Part shown: in pieces, positions 13,101-24,400 of the stretch
How the letters are laid out: the number at the start of each line of letters is the position of its first letter
Position numbering within the stretch: the first letter of the stretch is position 1
From: Azolla caroliniana
Lineage: Eukaryota; Plantae; Polypodiophyta
DNA: 64,000 bases
NCBI GenBank assembly: GCA_043228905.1
Contig: JBHGNT010000003.1
Coordinates: 24,676,001-24,740,000, forward strand
Direction of reading: 5' to 3'
Translations under genes and position numbers: made by a program
Notes under the pieces: model-generated
Seen by the model: the letters and a program-made list of their open reading frames with translations, nothing else
Database searches by the model: none
Told to the model about the DNA's origin: nothing

Positions 13101-16100
13101 CTTCCCTCTGTCTCAACAGATATACTTGCCTCAACAGGTGTGCATGCCTCAACTACTATATCACTTTCTCCAATGGCCTCTTCGTCAACTACTTGATGGC
13201 TTAGGGATGATCCAAGTGAACAATCCAGCACCGCAGCAAGAGATTCAATGTGGTGGTTCAAAGGCTGATCTACCAAATGGTGGAATTGATCAGATGTCTG
13301 AAGGGAGGTTATTGGTTGGTTAAATGGCACTGAATGACATATTTGTCCAAATTGGAAGACTGGAGGTTGTTGATGGAAGTGAGCAAGCTGAGTCATCTGC
13401 GAGTGCACTTGGAGTGGCATCTGTATGGAACCTATTTGGATTGCATTAGGTAAGTTGGAAACAACACCCATCTGGGGGTGATAGGGTAATTCTTGCTGAG
13501 CATGTAGGCTATGTAGCATAGCCTGGTGAGGAGCAACACTATTTAAAGTGGTTGATTGTGGAAGTGGTACCGCCATAAAGGAAAAAGGTTGCTGAAACTG
13601 TTGAAACAAAGATTTGTTAAGATTTATGCCTTCTGCAGGACCAATTTGCATTGAATCAGAAATATTTGGTGCTGAGAACATATGATGTTGAAGTGGGGCT
13701 TGATTGGTTGTAGCATCTTCTAAGGTTTGATCCTCCATTGTTGCCTCTATTGGCGCTTCATATTCTGGGCTATATACAGCATCTCTATTCCACTCGCAAT
13801 CAATTGGCTTCTCAGGTTCATATAGCACAACATTTTCTATCTCATCCACTTGATCACTAGGATGGTTCTCTTCTGAATCTTCTGTTATGTGTTCTTGTTC
13901 ACCCCTTTTGACGATTAGAGCATCCACATTTTCCCACTCTTCATTGTCTGGTTCATCAATAGTTTCCACCTTCGGTGAATTATGTAGAGGTAATGAACTA
14001 GAACCAGCTTCTATTGTTTGCTCAAGCCAAGCATCATCAGCAGAAGCAGCATCTTTTTTTTCCTCCATTCTGCCAGCTGCCATTTGAATCTCATCGTCAC
14101 CTGACCTTTTAATGGAATCTGTCAGCCCAGAAATTGCATCATCTTCATCTGAAGTCAAATCTTGATCATTTTCAGAGACACAAACTATTCTGTTTTCAAG
14201 CATGTAATCCGAAACTTGTAATTTTCCATTTGGCAATAAAGAAATCTCAGTAGAAACAGCAGATCCTGAACTTTCAGACAATGATTGTTTACTAGTCAGT
14301 GACCTGTATTGCGGCTCCGTTTTCAGAGCGGATTCGTGAATATCCATATCTTTCACTAAACTTTCGGACTTATTCTTTCCATCCATTGTTGCAGAGATTT
14401 GAGAAGATTCGGGTTGTGAAACTTTCTTTTGTAAGGTTGCAAGACCATGACTGAAAATGGGAGGTGGCACTCTTGGTTGTTTGGGTAAAGATTGCCTTAA
14501 TCTCCCAACTATTGGATAATCAGTTTCACCACCATTCAAGTAGTGACTAAGTGGAGGAGAAGTTAACCGTTTTTCTTGCAATTTGTGACGATTCTCTCCT
14601 CCCCACCAACTATCACCACTTCTATCTTTCTGATTGCCCATGTATCCAGTATTGATATCTGAAGATAGATTCTTTCCACTCGAACTCTCAGTCTGACTAG
14701 ATTCCCATCGTTGCTGCTTTCTTGTGATTGATTCACTTTGTTTGCCATCATTTAATGGGCCCTGCAACAATCCTGTTGTTGAGTTCTTTAAGGAAAAACT
14801 TTTAGAACCCAACTCATACACTAGCTGGGAAGGATTATGATTGACGGGGTCAATTTTTGATGATATTGAAGAGAATCCTAATCCACCATCAAAGTTCACC
14901 CTTCTATTCATTTGGACAACTCTATCCCTCTCTAGTGATGGAAATCTAGGCTGGGAATTCAAGTTGTCCAAAACATCTCTGTCCTCTCTCCTTGGTGATG
15001 CAAGAGGTGAAGCCCCATTAAAGGTTGCACAATCATCTTTACGTCCGACCTTACTGAAGCTAGAGTTAACTTCATCTTCCTTTTCATCATTGACGCCATT
15101 CCTTGCTCTCTCAAACACGAATGAATCTCTTTGCTTCTGCATAGATTCTCGCTTGAATATGCGCTCTTCAAGCTCCATTAGTTTCCTCCTTGCAGCTTCT
15201 TTCCTTCTTTCTTCTTCAAATAATGCCATGTGTTTTTCCTCCTCCCTAGCCCTACGTACTTCCTCGGCTTTTCTCACTGCCTCTTCTATCTGTCTCTGTG
15301 CTTTAGCAGCAGCTTCTCTTGCCTCTTCTTCTAGCTTCACACGAAATAACTCTTCTTCTCTTGCAAGTCTTTCTTGTTCTTCAGCTTCTTTTATGGCTAA
15401 TTCAATAGCTCTCTCTCTTTCCTCAATGATTCTTTGTCGTTCTTGCTCTTGCAGTTTTTGAACTCTCTCCAATTCAGCTTCAAATTGCTCCCTTGCTGGA
15501 TCATTGTAATTAATTGGTTCATCTTTCTTCTTCCTGACAATTTTGGCTCCCAAGGAAGAGATTCCAACCAAGGAATCCACGCCAAAGAAGGAATTGATTT
15601 GTGAGTTTCCTGAGTCATCAAAGAAGGAATCCTGCTTGTACATGGCGCGTGTTCTTTCCTGTCTTCCATAAATAAGCCCAGGAAAATCATCCCTTGGACC
15701 AGAATAAGAAGTAGAAACAGCGTTAACACTAGACCTACCAAATTGATGACTACCATTACTTCTCCTTTGCCCCCTGTCCAAATTGTTCTTGTTAAGAAAA
15801 TAATCCTTTTTCAAACCAATATCTTGAGAACTCACTTCTGTCTTTGTAGAATTCATTCTAAAGTTATTACTCGAATTAATGTCACTTCTAAATGAGTTCA
15901 ATCTCAAGTCTACACCATATCCATTAGTGTTACGATTGCTAAATGAGCTATCACTAGCAAATCTTGTATTCCTTGTAATGCTAACATCATTCAACGAGGA
16001 GCTCAATCCTCGCCTTGAAAACTCTTTCATTCCAATATTCTGATTTAAGTTTGAAGCTTCATTGATATGCAAATCTGCCCCAACCCGATCTTCACGAAAA

Positions 16101-17677
16101 CCAATATCATTCATGAATCTCCTTCCATAATCTGCATTCCCTTGTGGGTTTCTGAAATCTTTCCGAAAGTCATCTGTAGGTTCATTTCTACTGAATGATG
16201 GGCTTGTTAAATCTGTCGAACCACGTGATAAACGATTAGAAAATGAGTTCATACTTGTTGACCTAGTCAATGCCAAATGATCAACACGTCCCATTCCTTC
16301 CGAGCGGGAACTTCCTAGAGTCTCCCTCTCATCATCAATCCAGTTGGAAGAAGAATGAGTCAACCTTACCAGAGGTGAGGGCCCCGCAAAACGATGATTA
16401 ATTGTTTTACTGATAGCATCATGATGACTTGGTTTACTGACGGTATTATCACAAGCTTCATTGCGACTTGATCTACTCATAGCACCAACATTATCTTTAT
16501 GAATACTTGATTTACCAATAGCATCATCACAACTTTCAGAACTGCTTGCTTTACCAATAGCGTCATCAAGGCCTTTATAACTTTGTGTTTTACCAGTCAT
16601 CTCCTCACGAGCTTCGTACCTACCTGATTTCTGAATAGTGTCATCACGATCTTCATAACAATTTTTTTCATCGCTGAAAGGCTGTTTGGCCCTCAGTTGC
16701 GTAGACAAAGTTTGAAGCTTTGGATCAGCTCGATGAGGCAAAAGCTCGTTATCCTTACCCAAAATCTCTTTTCTGCTAGAATATCCTTTTCTACCCAAAA
16801 GCTCTTCTTTACGACCTTGTTCCTGCAATTGTATAGGTCTGCGATCTTCGACATCTTGCTGATTGTCTTCGATCTCGAGTTGTTTATCCCTTTGTTTTGG
16901 TTGAGCTTCTTTCCGATGATGAGGAAAAGATGCAGAGGAGGCTTGGAGAGTAGGGAAATCTTCTCCTCGGACAACAGCTTTTTATGCAAAGACAATGGTG
17001 ATATCAGATAATCATGACAACAATGATGAATGATCAATTACGAATGGAGACAATGTTGATGATGGTGAGTGATGATGATGATGAATAGCACTTATAGTGG
17101 TAAGTCTTAAATACAGCATGAGTGAGCTAAGATTACCTGGGCCGGGAGGGGTGTATCTAGATCCATTCTCCTCCAAAGAAGCAGGATTTATAGCACTATT
17201 CCTCCTCTGAAAAGATGAGTTCCATGAAGAATATTTAAGTGAGACTGAATTATCATTATCAGCTGGAGAAGAAGAAATTTCAGTGGAAGGAGCAGAATTT
17301 TGCTGCTTCTTGGACCATCCCGAGGATCCTGAAGCTCCACCTACAAGAGCAATGGAGGGATCGTTTCCTGACTGTTCTCTGCGCAGAGAAGGAAGATTCA
17401 CGGGCCGTGGGATCGAAAGCTTAAAACTGGAACTTCTCGAAGAAGAAGAAGAAGAAGAAGGTTGAGATCTTACGGATACAGAAGAACGAGAAAGCGAGAC
17501 TAACCCACCATGCCGAAAAGAAGAAGAGGAAGAAGGTGATGATGATGACCCATTTACAGAAGGATACCCAGCATGCCTAGAAGCAGAAGAAGTAGAAAGG
17601 CCATGGTTTGCGGATTCATACGATTTGTGAAGATTTATGGGTGCAAATCTAGAGGAGGTGCTGTTAGATTTAGTCAT
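7106..17677 (-). CDS. Large low-complexity/coiled-coil protein, AT3G50370-like (BAT2/PRRC2-type N-terminus), ~2414 aa, 8 exons
   Basis: Exons 17677-17137, 16977-12317, 12193-11946, 11823-11667, 11587-11383, 11025-10660, 10574-9883, 7480-7106 in phase; family motifs FAPINLHKSY, LSIPRPVNLPSLRRE, VVRGEDFPTL, DPAREQFEAELERVQK, DDFIEVRSKRQM, LTQIQLEEAMKP, SLLAGEKIQFGAVTSPTV, EAEAEAAASAVAVAAISSDE, PSGKQPDW. Confidence 0.88.
7850..9250 (+). mobile_element. Degenerate RTE-like LINE remnant in the last intron of the PRRC2-like gene
   Basis: 8045-8125 reads like N.x.IMTG...LIKHNAIVFEADL, colinear with NYRTIMIGCYLTKLYGSILES of the better-preserved LINE at 53056-53427; boundaries approximate. Confidence 0.45.
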
Positions 17678-17823
17678 GGATTTAAATGTTTATGGATCTA
17701 AAACGTAAAACAAAAGGGAAAAGAAAAAAAAAAATAACAAATTTAACGGTTCTTGCTGTACTATGTATGCAGAAGCTTCTTAGGGTTTATTTCGTTAAGA
17801 GAGAATGAATAATGAAAAACGTA

Positions 17824-17885
17824 TAGAGAGAGAGCAGAGAGACAGGGAGAGGGAGAAGAAGAAGAAGAAGAAGAAGAAGAAGAAA
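17824..17885. repeat. GA-rich and (GAA)n microsatellite upstream of the PRRC2-like ATG
   Basis: Direct reading. Confidence 0.85.
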
Positions 17886-18381
17886 ACGCAATGGAGAATC
17901 CTTCTCTCTGTAGCTCTCTCTGGCTCTAGGTCTGTCTGTCTGTCTCTGTGTAGGCGTGTCGTGTCTTCTTCTGTGTACATAATATGTGTGTCTGTCTCTT
18001 CTCCCCTCGCGAAGGAGGGTTTGGGGGGGGGGGGGGGAGGAGGGGGAAGAGGACCCTAAAACGCTCAGAAAACCCATTTCTTCTCAATTTCAATGCCCCC
18101 CAACCTCCCTCCAAAGCAAAAAGCAAAAAGCCAAAAGCCCAAAAAAAAGCAAAGGAAGAAGGGAAGGAAGGGCCCTGAGACTCCATATCACATTCATTCA
18201 TTCCCTCCTAAGCTCTCTCTTTTGGTTCCATTTTCTTACAATTTTGGCCGAAGAAATAGTTTGCATGCTCGATTTGATTTGCCCATTGATGGTTTAGGGT
18301 GGTCGGTTTGATTTGCCCATTGACGGGTTAGCGGTTATGGCCTTCGCTGATATGGATCGAATGTCCTTGAGCATGGCTCGC

Positions 18382-19120
18382 CTCTTTTGAAATATACTGA
18401 CCATTCCCATCTGAGTACATTGGTCATTAGGCTATATGGATCGATGTGTTGCTCCTCCCTCGTTCGTGCAGGCATACCATTCATCTCTACCTCGACTCCT
18501 GTGAACTATACCATTTCCATCTGCATACATTGGTCGTCATGGCTATATGGATCGATGTGTTGCTCCTGTTTCATGCGGCATTCCATTCATCTTATCTCGA
18601 CTCTTGTGAAATATACCATTTCCATCTTCATACACTGATCGTCGGCTTATATGGATCGATTTGTTGCTCCTGATTCATGCGGCGTACCATTCATCTTACC
18701 TCAACTCTTGTGAAATATACCATTTCCATCTCCATACATTGGTTGTTGGGCGATATGGATCAATGTGTTGCTCTTGGTTCATGCGGCATAACATTCATCT
18801 TACCTCGACTCTTGTGAAATATACCATTTCAATTTGCATACATTGCTCATTGGGCTATATGGATCAATGTGTTGGTCTTGGTTCATGCAGGATATCATTC
18901 ATCTTACCTCAACTCTTGTGAAATATACCATTTGGATTTGCATACATTGGTCGTTAGGCTATATGGATCGATGAGTTGTTGTTGGTTCATGCATCATATT
19001 GTTCATCTTACCTCAAATCTTGTGAAATATACCATTTCTATCTGCATACATTGGTCGTTGGGCTATATAGATCGATGTGTTCATCTTGGTTAATGCGGCA
19101 TACCATTCATCTTACCTTTA
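18382..19120. repeat. Tandem array of ~7 copies of a 104-bp unit
   Basis: Unit start CTCTTGTGAAATATACCATTT recurs at ~18382, 18496, 18601, 18705, 18809, 18913, 19017. Confidence 0.95.
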
Positions 19121-21138
19121 CCTTGACCCTTGTTTGCACTTAGCTTGTGAGTACGTGGACCTCGATTGGCATCTACATGGTGTGCTTGTTTCGCGTAATG
19201 TCGATTTTCTCTTCGCCCAATTTAGAGCAAAACAAGGCTTCATTCTAGACTAATCATTGGTGACGATCTAGGTCCAAATGGTAACATGGGTTTCATGGAG
19301 CCTTGGTGGCCAACAATGATTCCAACTTCATCTCTAGCACGTGCTTAATCCAATCTAAATTGCTAACATGTTTCTTAACTTGATTTGCAACGTGTGATCC
19401 ATGTGTTGAGTTTGATTTATAGAATGGATTTTTGTTAGATTCAATTGTCTTGTGCTACGAGCTTTGTTCAACCTTCGATGTGAACAACCATTTGAGCTTT
19501 ACTCGTGATATGGGCTTCAATTGGCCGTTAGCCGTTAAAAACAAATTGAGGTCAATTTGCAACATGGGCTTTGCTGGATCGTGGTTGTCAATAACAACTT
19601 CACCTCGATTTATAGCATGGTCTTCATTCGACTCTATTGGATGAAGGTTTGTTTAATCACATCACACGTGCACAAATATGTATATGATACCTACTACATC
19701 CATTGTATGCATAAGATCGATGGTCACTTTAACTATGTGTGGATGTTTTGAGTTATTCATCAATATATGCAATCAATAGTAACTGTCATAAGAAGGGTAA
19801 CAAGAACTACAAAGCATATTAGGGGTTGGAGACATTGTTGGGAATAGTTAAACACTCCAAACTATATTGTGTGAACAATACCTCCAATCGCATGAATCGA
19901 ATTAGACGACACAGGGGTCAAAATCATATCCCACCATCTGTAACAAATAATAATAAATATTTTGATGTCAAAATTGAAATGTCATTGTCTTAAATTTATT
20001 CCAAAGTCGCAATTTTAGCTTCGTCACACATACTCTCTAGCCTTCCTCCTTGAATCTTCATCCAAATGTCTCCAACAAAACTTATAATAGTCATTTACCT
20101 CTCAAGCATCGCCTCCACATTAGTACTTATATCACTTCATTTACATGTGATATCTCCTTTAGGTGGGTGAAAAAAACACATTTCTTATCATTCTTACTTG
20201 CTAATTTATTTTTGCTTGAATGCTCCTATTTTGTGTTTTTGCGTCTAATGAGTTCATTTGTTGATGATGAGATGGCAACTCATCATTATTGTCAACGTGG
20301 ATGTCGTGTGACACTGAAAATGTTGATGCTTTTGGCATCCCGTTGGTTGTTGTTGATGGAGCTTCCTCCGAATAACCTTTTCAACGCGCTTGATATGAAG
20401 CCTATAATAGCCATTTAAAACAAGACAACATAGATTGGTGGTTCTTAGAAGGAATTTCTATTTGAATTGTTATTTTCTACGCATCCTCACCTTGTCATAT
20501 ATGCACACATGTAAACCTTTCATCATTACTCAATCTCCTCGAGCATTCTCTTTGATGGTATATTGTGAAAAACTTCATAAACCTCGATAAATATTCATTC
20601 GGTCATTTATGAAAAACACATGCCTAATGACAATAAGCAAACATCTCTTTTGTGGGATACTTGGCTATAGACAAAGAATTAGCATAAACAATGCATGTCA
20701 TGTCTTACATGCAACACAATAAAAATCTCTCTATAACTTATGGGAGAACTTACATTTTATATGCTTTAAAACTTAATATCAACAATAATCAATCGCATCT
20801 TTCTCCTTGCTAGATAAGAGGAAGTAGCAAACATTGTTTATTAACTAACTTCTCACAAGAATGCGAGGGGAAATCAATGTCAATATCGTGCGCGTGGAAG
20901 AGAAGTGCCTTCAAGGTCGTGCACGTAACAAACAAGAGTTACTTGTGTTCATCAATGGTCAGGCGGCCGGAAGGATTTGCTTAAAGAGCGAGCGAGTCAA
21001 TGAAAGAGATGATGTCTCTCTCTCTCTCTATATATATATATGTACATACATATACTGTTTATACATATATCTAGGGCCAAAAAAGCAAGCAAACCAAGAG
21101 AAAGAAGGGGTAAGAAAGAAGAAGGTGGCCGAGTCTCT

Positions 21139-21261
21139 AGGGGTATTTATTGTAATTTGGAAAAATGGAGGGCTATTTCTGTAAATCTCGAAAATTACAA
21201 TAAATTTCCCAGGTCTATTTCTGTAAAATTGGAATAGGGGCAGGGCTATTTCGGTAGATTT
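21139..21261 (+). promoter_or_regulatory. Four tef-box-like motifs upstream of U11/U12-59K
   Basis: AGGGGTATTTATTGTAATTT, GAGGGCTATTTCTGTAAAT, AGGTCTATTTCTGTAAAATT, AGGGCTATTTCGGTAGATTT at 30-40 bp spacing. Confidence 0.5.
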
Positions 21262-21275
21262 CCCAAACCCCAGGA

Positions 21276-21460
21276 ATGTATGCAGAGGGGCCTGCGATGG
21301 CGATGGCGATGGCGATGGCGACTCCTCCTGCTTCTGCTTCTGCTTCTGTTTCTGTTTCTGCTGTATCCAAGGCCTGATGGACATGGCCTTTCCGCGCCAT
21401 CCTCCTCCTGGTTCTGCTAAATCTGTTTCTGTTTCGGTTTCTGCTGTATCCAAGGCCTGA
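21276..21460 (+). promoter_or_regulatory. Two upstream ORFs chained to the main ORF by TGATG overlaps
   Basis: uORF1 21276-21377 (33 aa), uORF2 21377-21460 (27 aa), main ATG 21460; whether they lie in the transcript is unknown. Confidence 0.55.
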
Positions 21461-24400
21461 TGGACATGGCCTTTCCTCCCCCCTGGCCACGGCCTCTTCC
21501 GTTTCCCGTCTCTTCCCCCGCTCCCGCTCCCGGTCCTCCTCCTCCGTATCAGAGCTCCGTTCAGTTCCGCCATCATCTCGCTCGCCTCCTCGACGATGTT
21601 CGTCTCCTAGAAGCAGCGTAAGGCCATGCACTCCCCCACCTCATTCTTCTTCTCCTGTAAATGTTTTCCCGATGCTCATCTCCTCGGTGTAGTTTAAGCG
21701 TTCTTTCTTCCTTTCTCTTCCGCCACTCGTCTCATTCTTCGCTTGATTTCGGATGTGCTCATCTCCTCGAAGCAGCCTGCTCATTCTTTTCTTTTTCTTT
21801 GCCTCTCATTATTTCTTCGTTCTATGTTTGTTTTGGTGCCATGATAATCTCCGTAAGAGAGTGATTTTTCTTCTTCTTCGCTATAAAATCTTCTTACCCT
21901 TTGCTTAATTTCTCACTATTTTCAGCTCCTCGGTGTAGTGTAAGCATTTATTTTTCTCTCATATTTTCATTTTTTAATCAGTATGTTGCGTGATTACTAA
22001 TGATGAATTCAGTGCAAGTATTCTCTTCTTCTTCTTCTTCTTCTTATCCTATCTTTCTTTACTTTCCTTCGTTACTGCGTTTGATTTGTTTGTGTAATGT
22101 TTTGATCAGAACCGATGAACTAGAGTCTCTAATTTCTGTGAAAGACTCTACCACAGCAGCCTCTTCTCCTCCTGATGAGAATAGTTCTCCACAAAGCAAG
22201 GTTTTCTTGTGTGTTCGTGAACATTTGGAAGGAAAAAACACAGATGAGATTGGAAAAATGAAAGATATGGCAATAGAATGTGCAACCTGCCTACAACAAT
22301 CTGTAGAGAGTCAACTTGAACCGTTTCTTTCTGTTCTACAAGGGAAGTGTACATGGGAAGAGGCTTCGGCATTTGCAAGGATGTCTATCCGACGGTCTAA
22401 GTTGCTTCGGAATCGTAAAAGGAGGAAAAAGCAACGCCAGCTTGCTGCTGAAGCTATTCGTAAGGCAAGTTAAACAATTTCTAGATTGGTCTTTTTCGTA
22501 GCAGTAGAGTTGTGAATGTAACTGTGGTTAGGTCTATAGGGGTTTAGAGTATAACATGCATGCTAAAATAATCATTTTTTTAAGTTTGAAAATCTTTACA
22601 TTCCAAATTAATTAGACTAATCTTTTTATAGGATATGTTGAGATTATACTATGTTTAGGTCTATTAAGCTCAAGATATCTTCATTGAATTAAGCATAGTA
22701 TGGATGGATTCAAGAATACGTACATCCAATCGAAGCATTCAATGTCTTATAGAATGAGCTCCAAACATTATTGTAATGTTAAGAGTATTTACATCCAAAC
22801 TAAAGTTGTAAACTTGGTTGAATAGTAAAATATCTATATCCAATCTAGATAAATCAAGTTTTGTAAAACGAATATAAGGATATTTATGTCCAAACTTAAT
22901 AGTGAATGTTTTTTATAGAATGAGACGAGAATAGTATAATTAGATCTATAGAGTTGAAGAACATACAACAAAACTAAAATATCCCAATCTCTTGTGTAAA
23001 GAGTTGACCATTGTATTCGTAGATCTTTGTAAGGTGAATCCAGAGCATGTACATCGAAGCTATCTTTTTGATAGATGAGTCATGATTTCTATGGCTATAT
23101 CTGTAGAGTGCAAGAGTAACCTAGGGTTCCAATGCTTTCCTGTTAGTTTATCGACAACTAAAGAGAAATTTGCTGAACAGTGGTTCAACTTAGATAAAGC
23201 TCAAGGACATTAGCTTGCTAATCTACTATTTAGAATGGAAGATGGATTGGCCATCACTGATGCGTGGATGCATACACGAGTACAAAAAAATTGCATATCT
23301 AAATTAACATGCATGCAGGAAAAAGATAGATACAGCCAAGCAGACAGAGAAGCTGATGAATGGAGAGCAAGAGAGATAGCTAAAGTTATTGCAAGGCGAA
23401 AGGTACTGTATTGTGGATTAAAATTTGCTATTTATTATTATTTGGTATCACATTGATGCAGCCATGGACATCTCTTTGTCAAGCATAACTTGATTATTTT
23501 AATATTCTGTTAGGATTTGCCAGTTACAATCGTAACTTTATGTTTCAGATAGAAAAGATGAAGGAGGTAGCGAAACAGAAAGCAAAAGAGGAGAGAGAAA
23601 AACATGAAAGAGAAGTAAGTAAACATGTAATAGCCAGAATTTTGGGTCTTCACAGCCATTGTTTGTATATGTTTCAAACTCGTATCTCTCTATTCTTTTG
23701 CAGCTTGAACTTGTTCTTATTGTCGAGAAGCTCCAGGAGCTTCGAGAAATTCGAATTCAGAAGCTCAAGAAGCAGGGTTTGGACATTTTGTTTTTTGTGA
23801 TGGGTCTAAATTTTTGTTATTTCCACAAATATCCTTGGTCAACCCTGTCTCACACAATTAATCATATGTGCACAATTCGTCCTCTCTATGTTTTTTTCTG
23901 GGGGATTACCAGGGTCATTTGTGGAAATAAAGATAAACTAAGTAGTTCTAAGAAGCAAGGTTTGGACATTTTGTTTTTGTGATGGCGCTAAATTTTTGTT
24001 ATTTGCCCAAATATCCTTGGTCAACCCTGTCTCACACAATTAATCATATGTGCACAATTCATTCTCTCTATGCTCTCTTCTAGGGGATTACCAGGGTCAT
24101 TTGTGGAAATAAAGATAAAGAAAGTAGTTATGAGTGCACCCATATCCACACTGCCCCTGCCACACACACGCGCGCGCGCACACACACACAATGCTTTCAT
24201 GCAATTATTTACCCTTTATTGTGGTTTTATATTCTAGGTAGTTTCTTCCCAGAAGAAGACAACAGATTCATGGAAAGGGTTAAAGCTGCTGTTGAAGAAG
24301 AAGAGAGGCAATCTGCAGCTGCGGCTGACACAAGCTCAACCGTAGCAGCTATTGCAAATGCTGAGGAAGCTGGAAAGGCTGCATATACGCATACATTCAT

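Noticed and set aside
14841-15461. 206-aa plus-strand ORF and other antisense ORFs within 10295-17465
   Set aside because: Shadows of the minus-strand coding exons, with no independent family motifs
18382-19120. CRISPR array or repeat-protein gene suggested by the periodic unit and overlapping ORFs
   Set aside because: Whole units are homologous with no unique spacers, no cas genes, eukaryotic context; the 104-nt period is not a multiple of three, so the ORFs are by-products
21028-21631. Minus-strand ORFs of 182 and 138 aa
   Set aside because: Antisense readings of the GC-rich, microsatellite-laden 59K leader and exon 1
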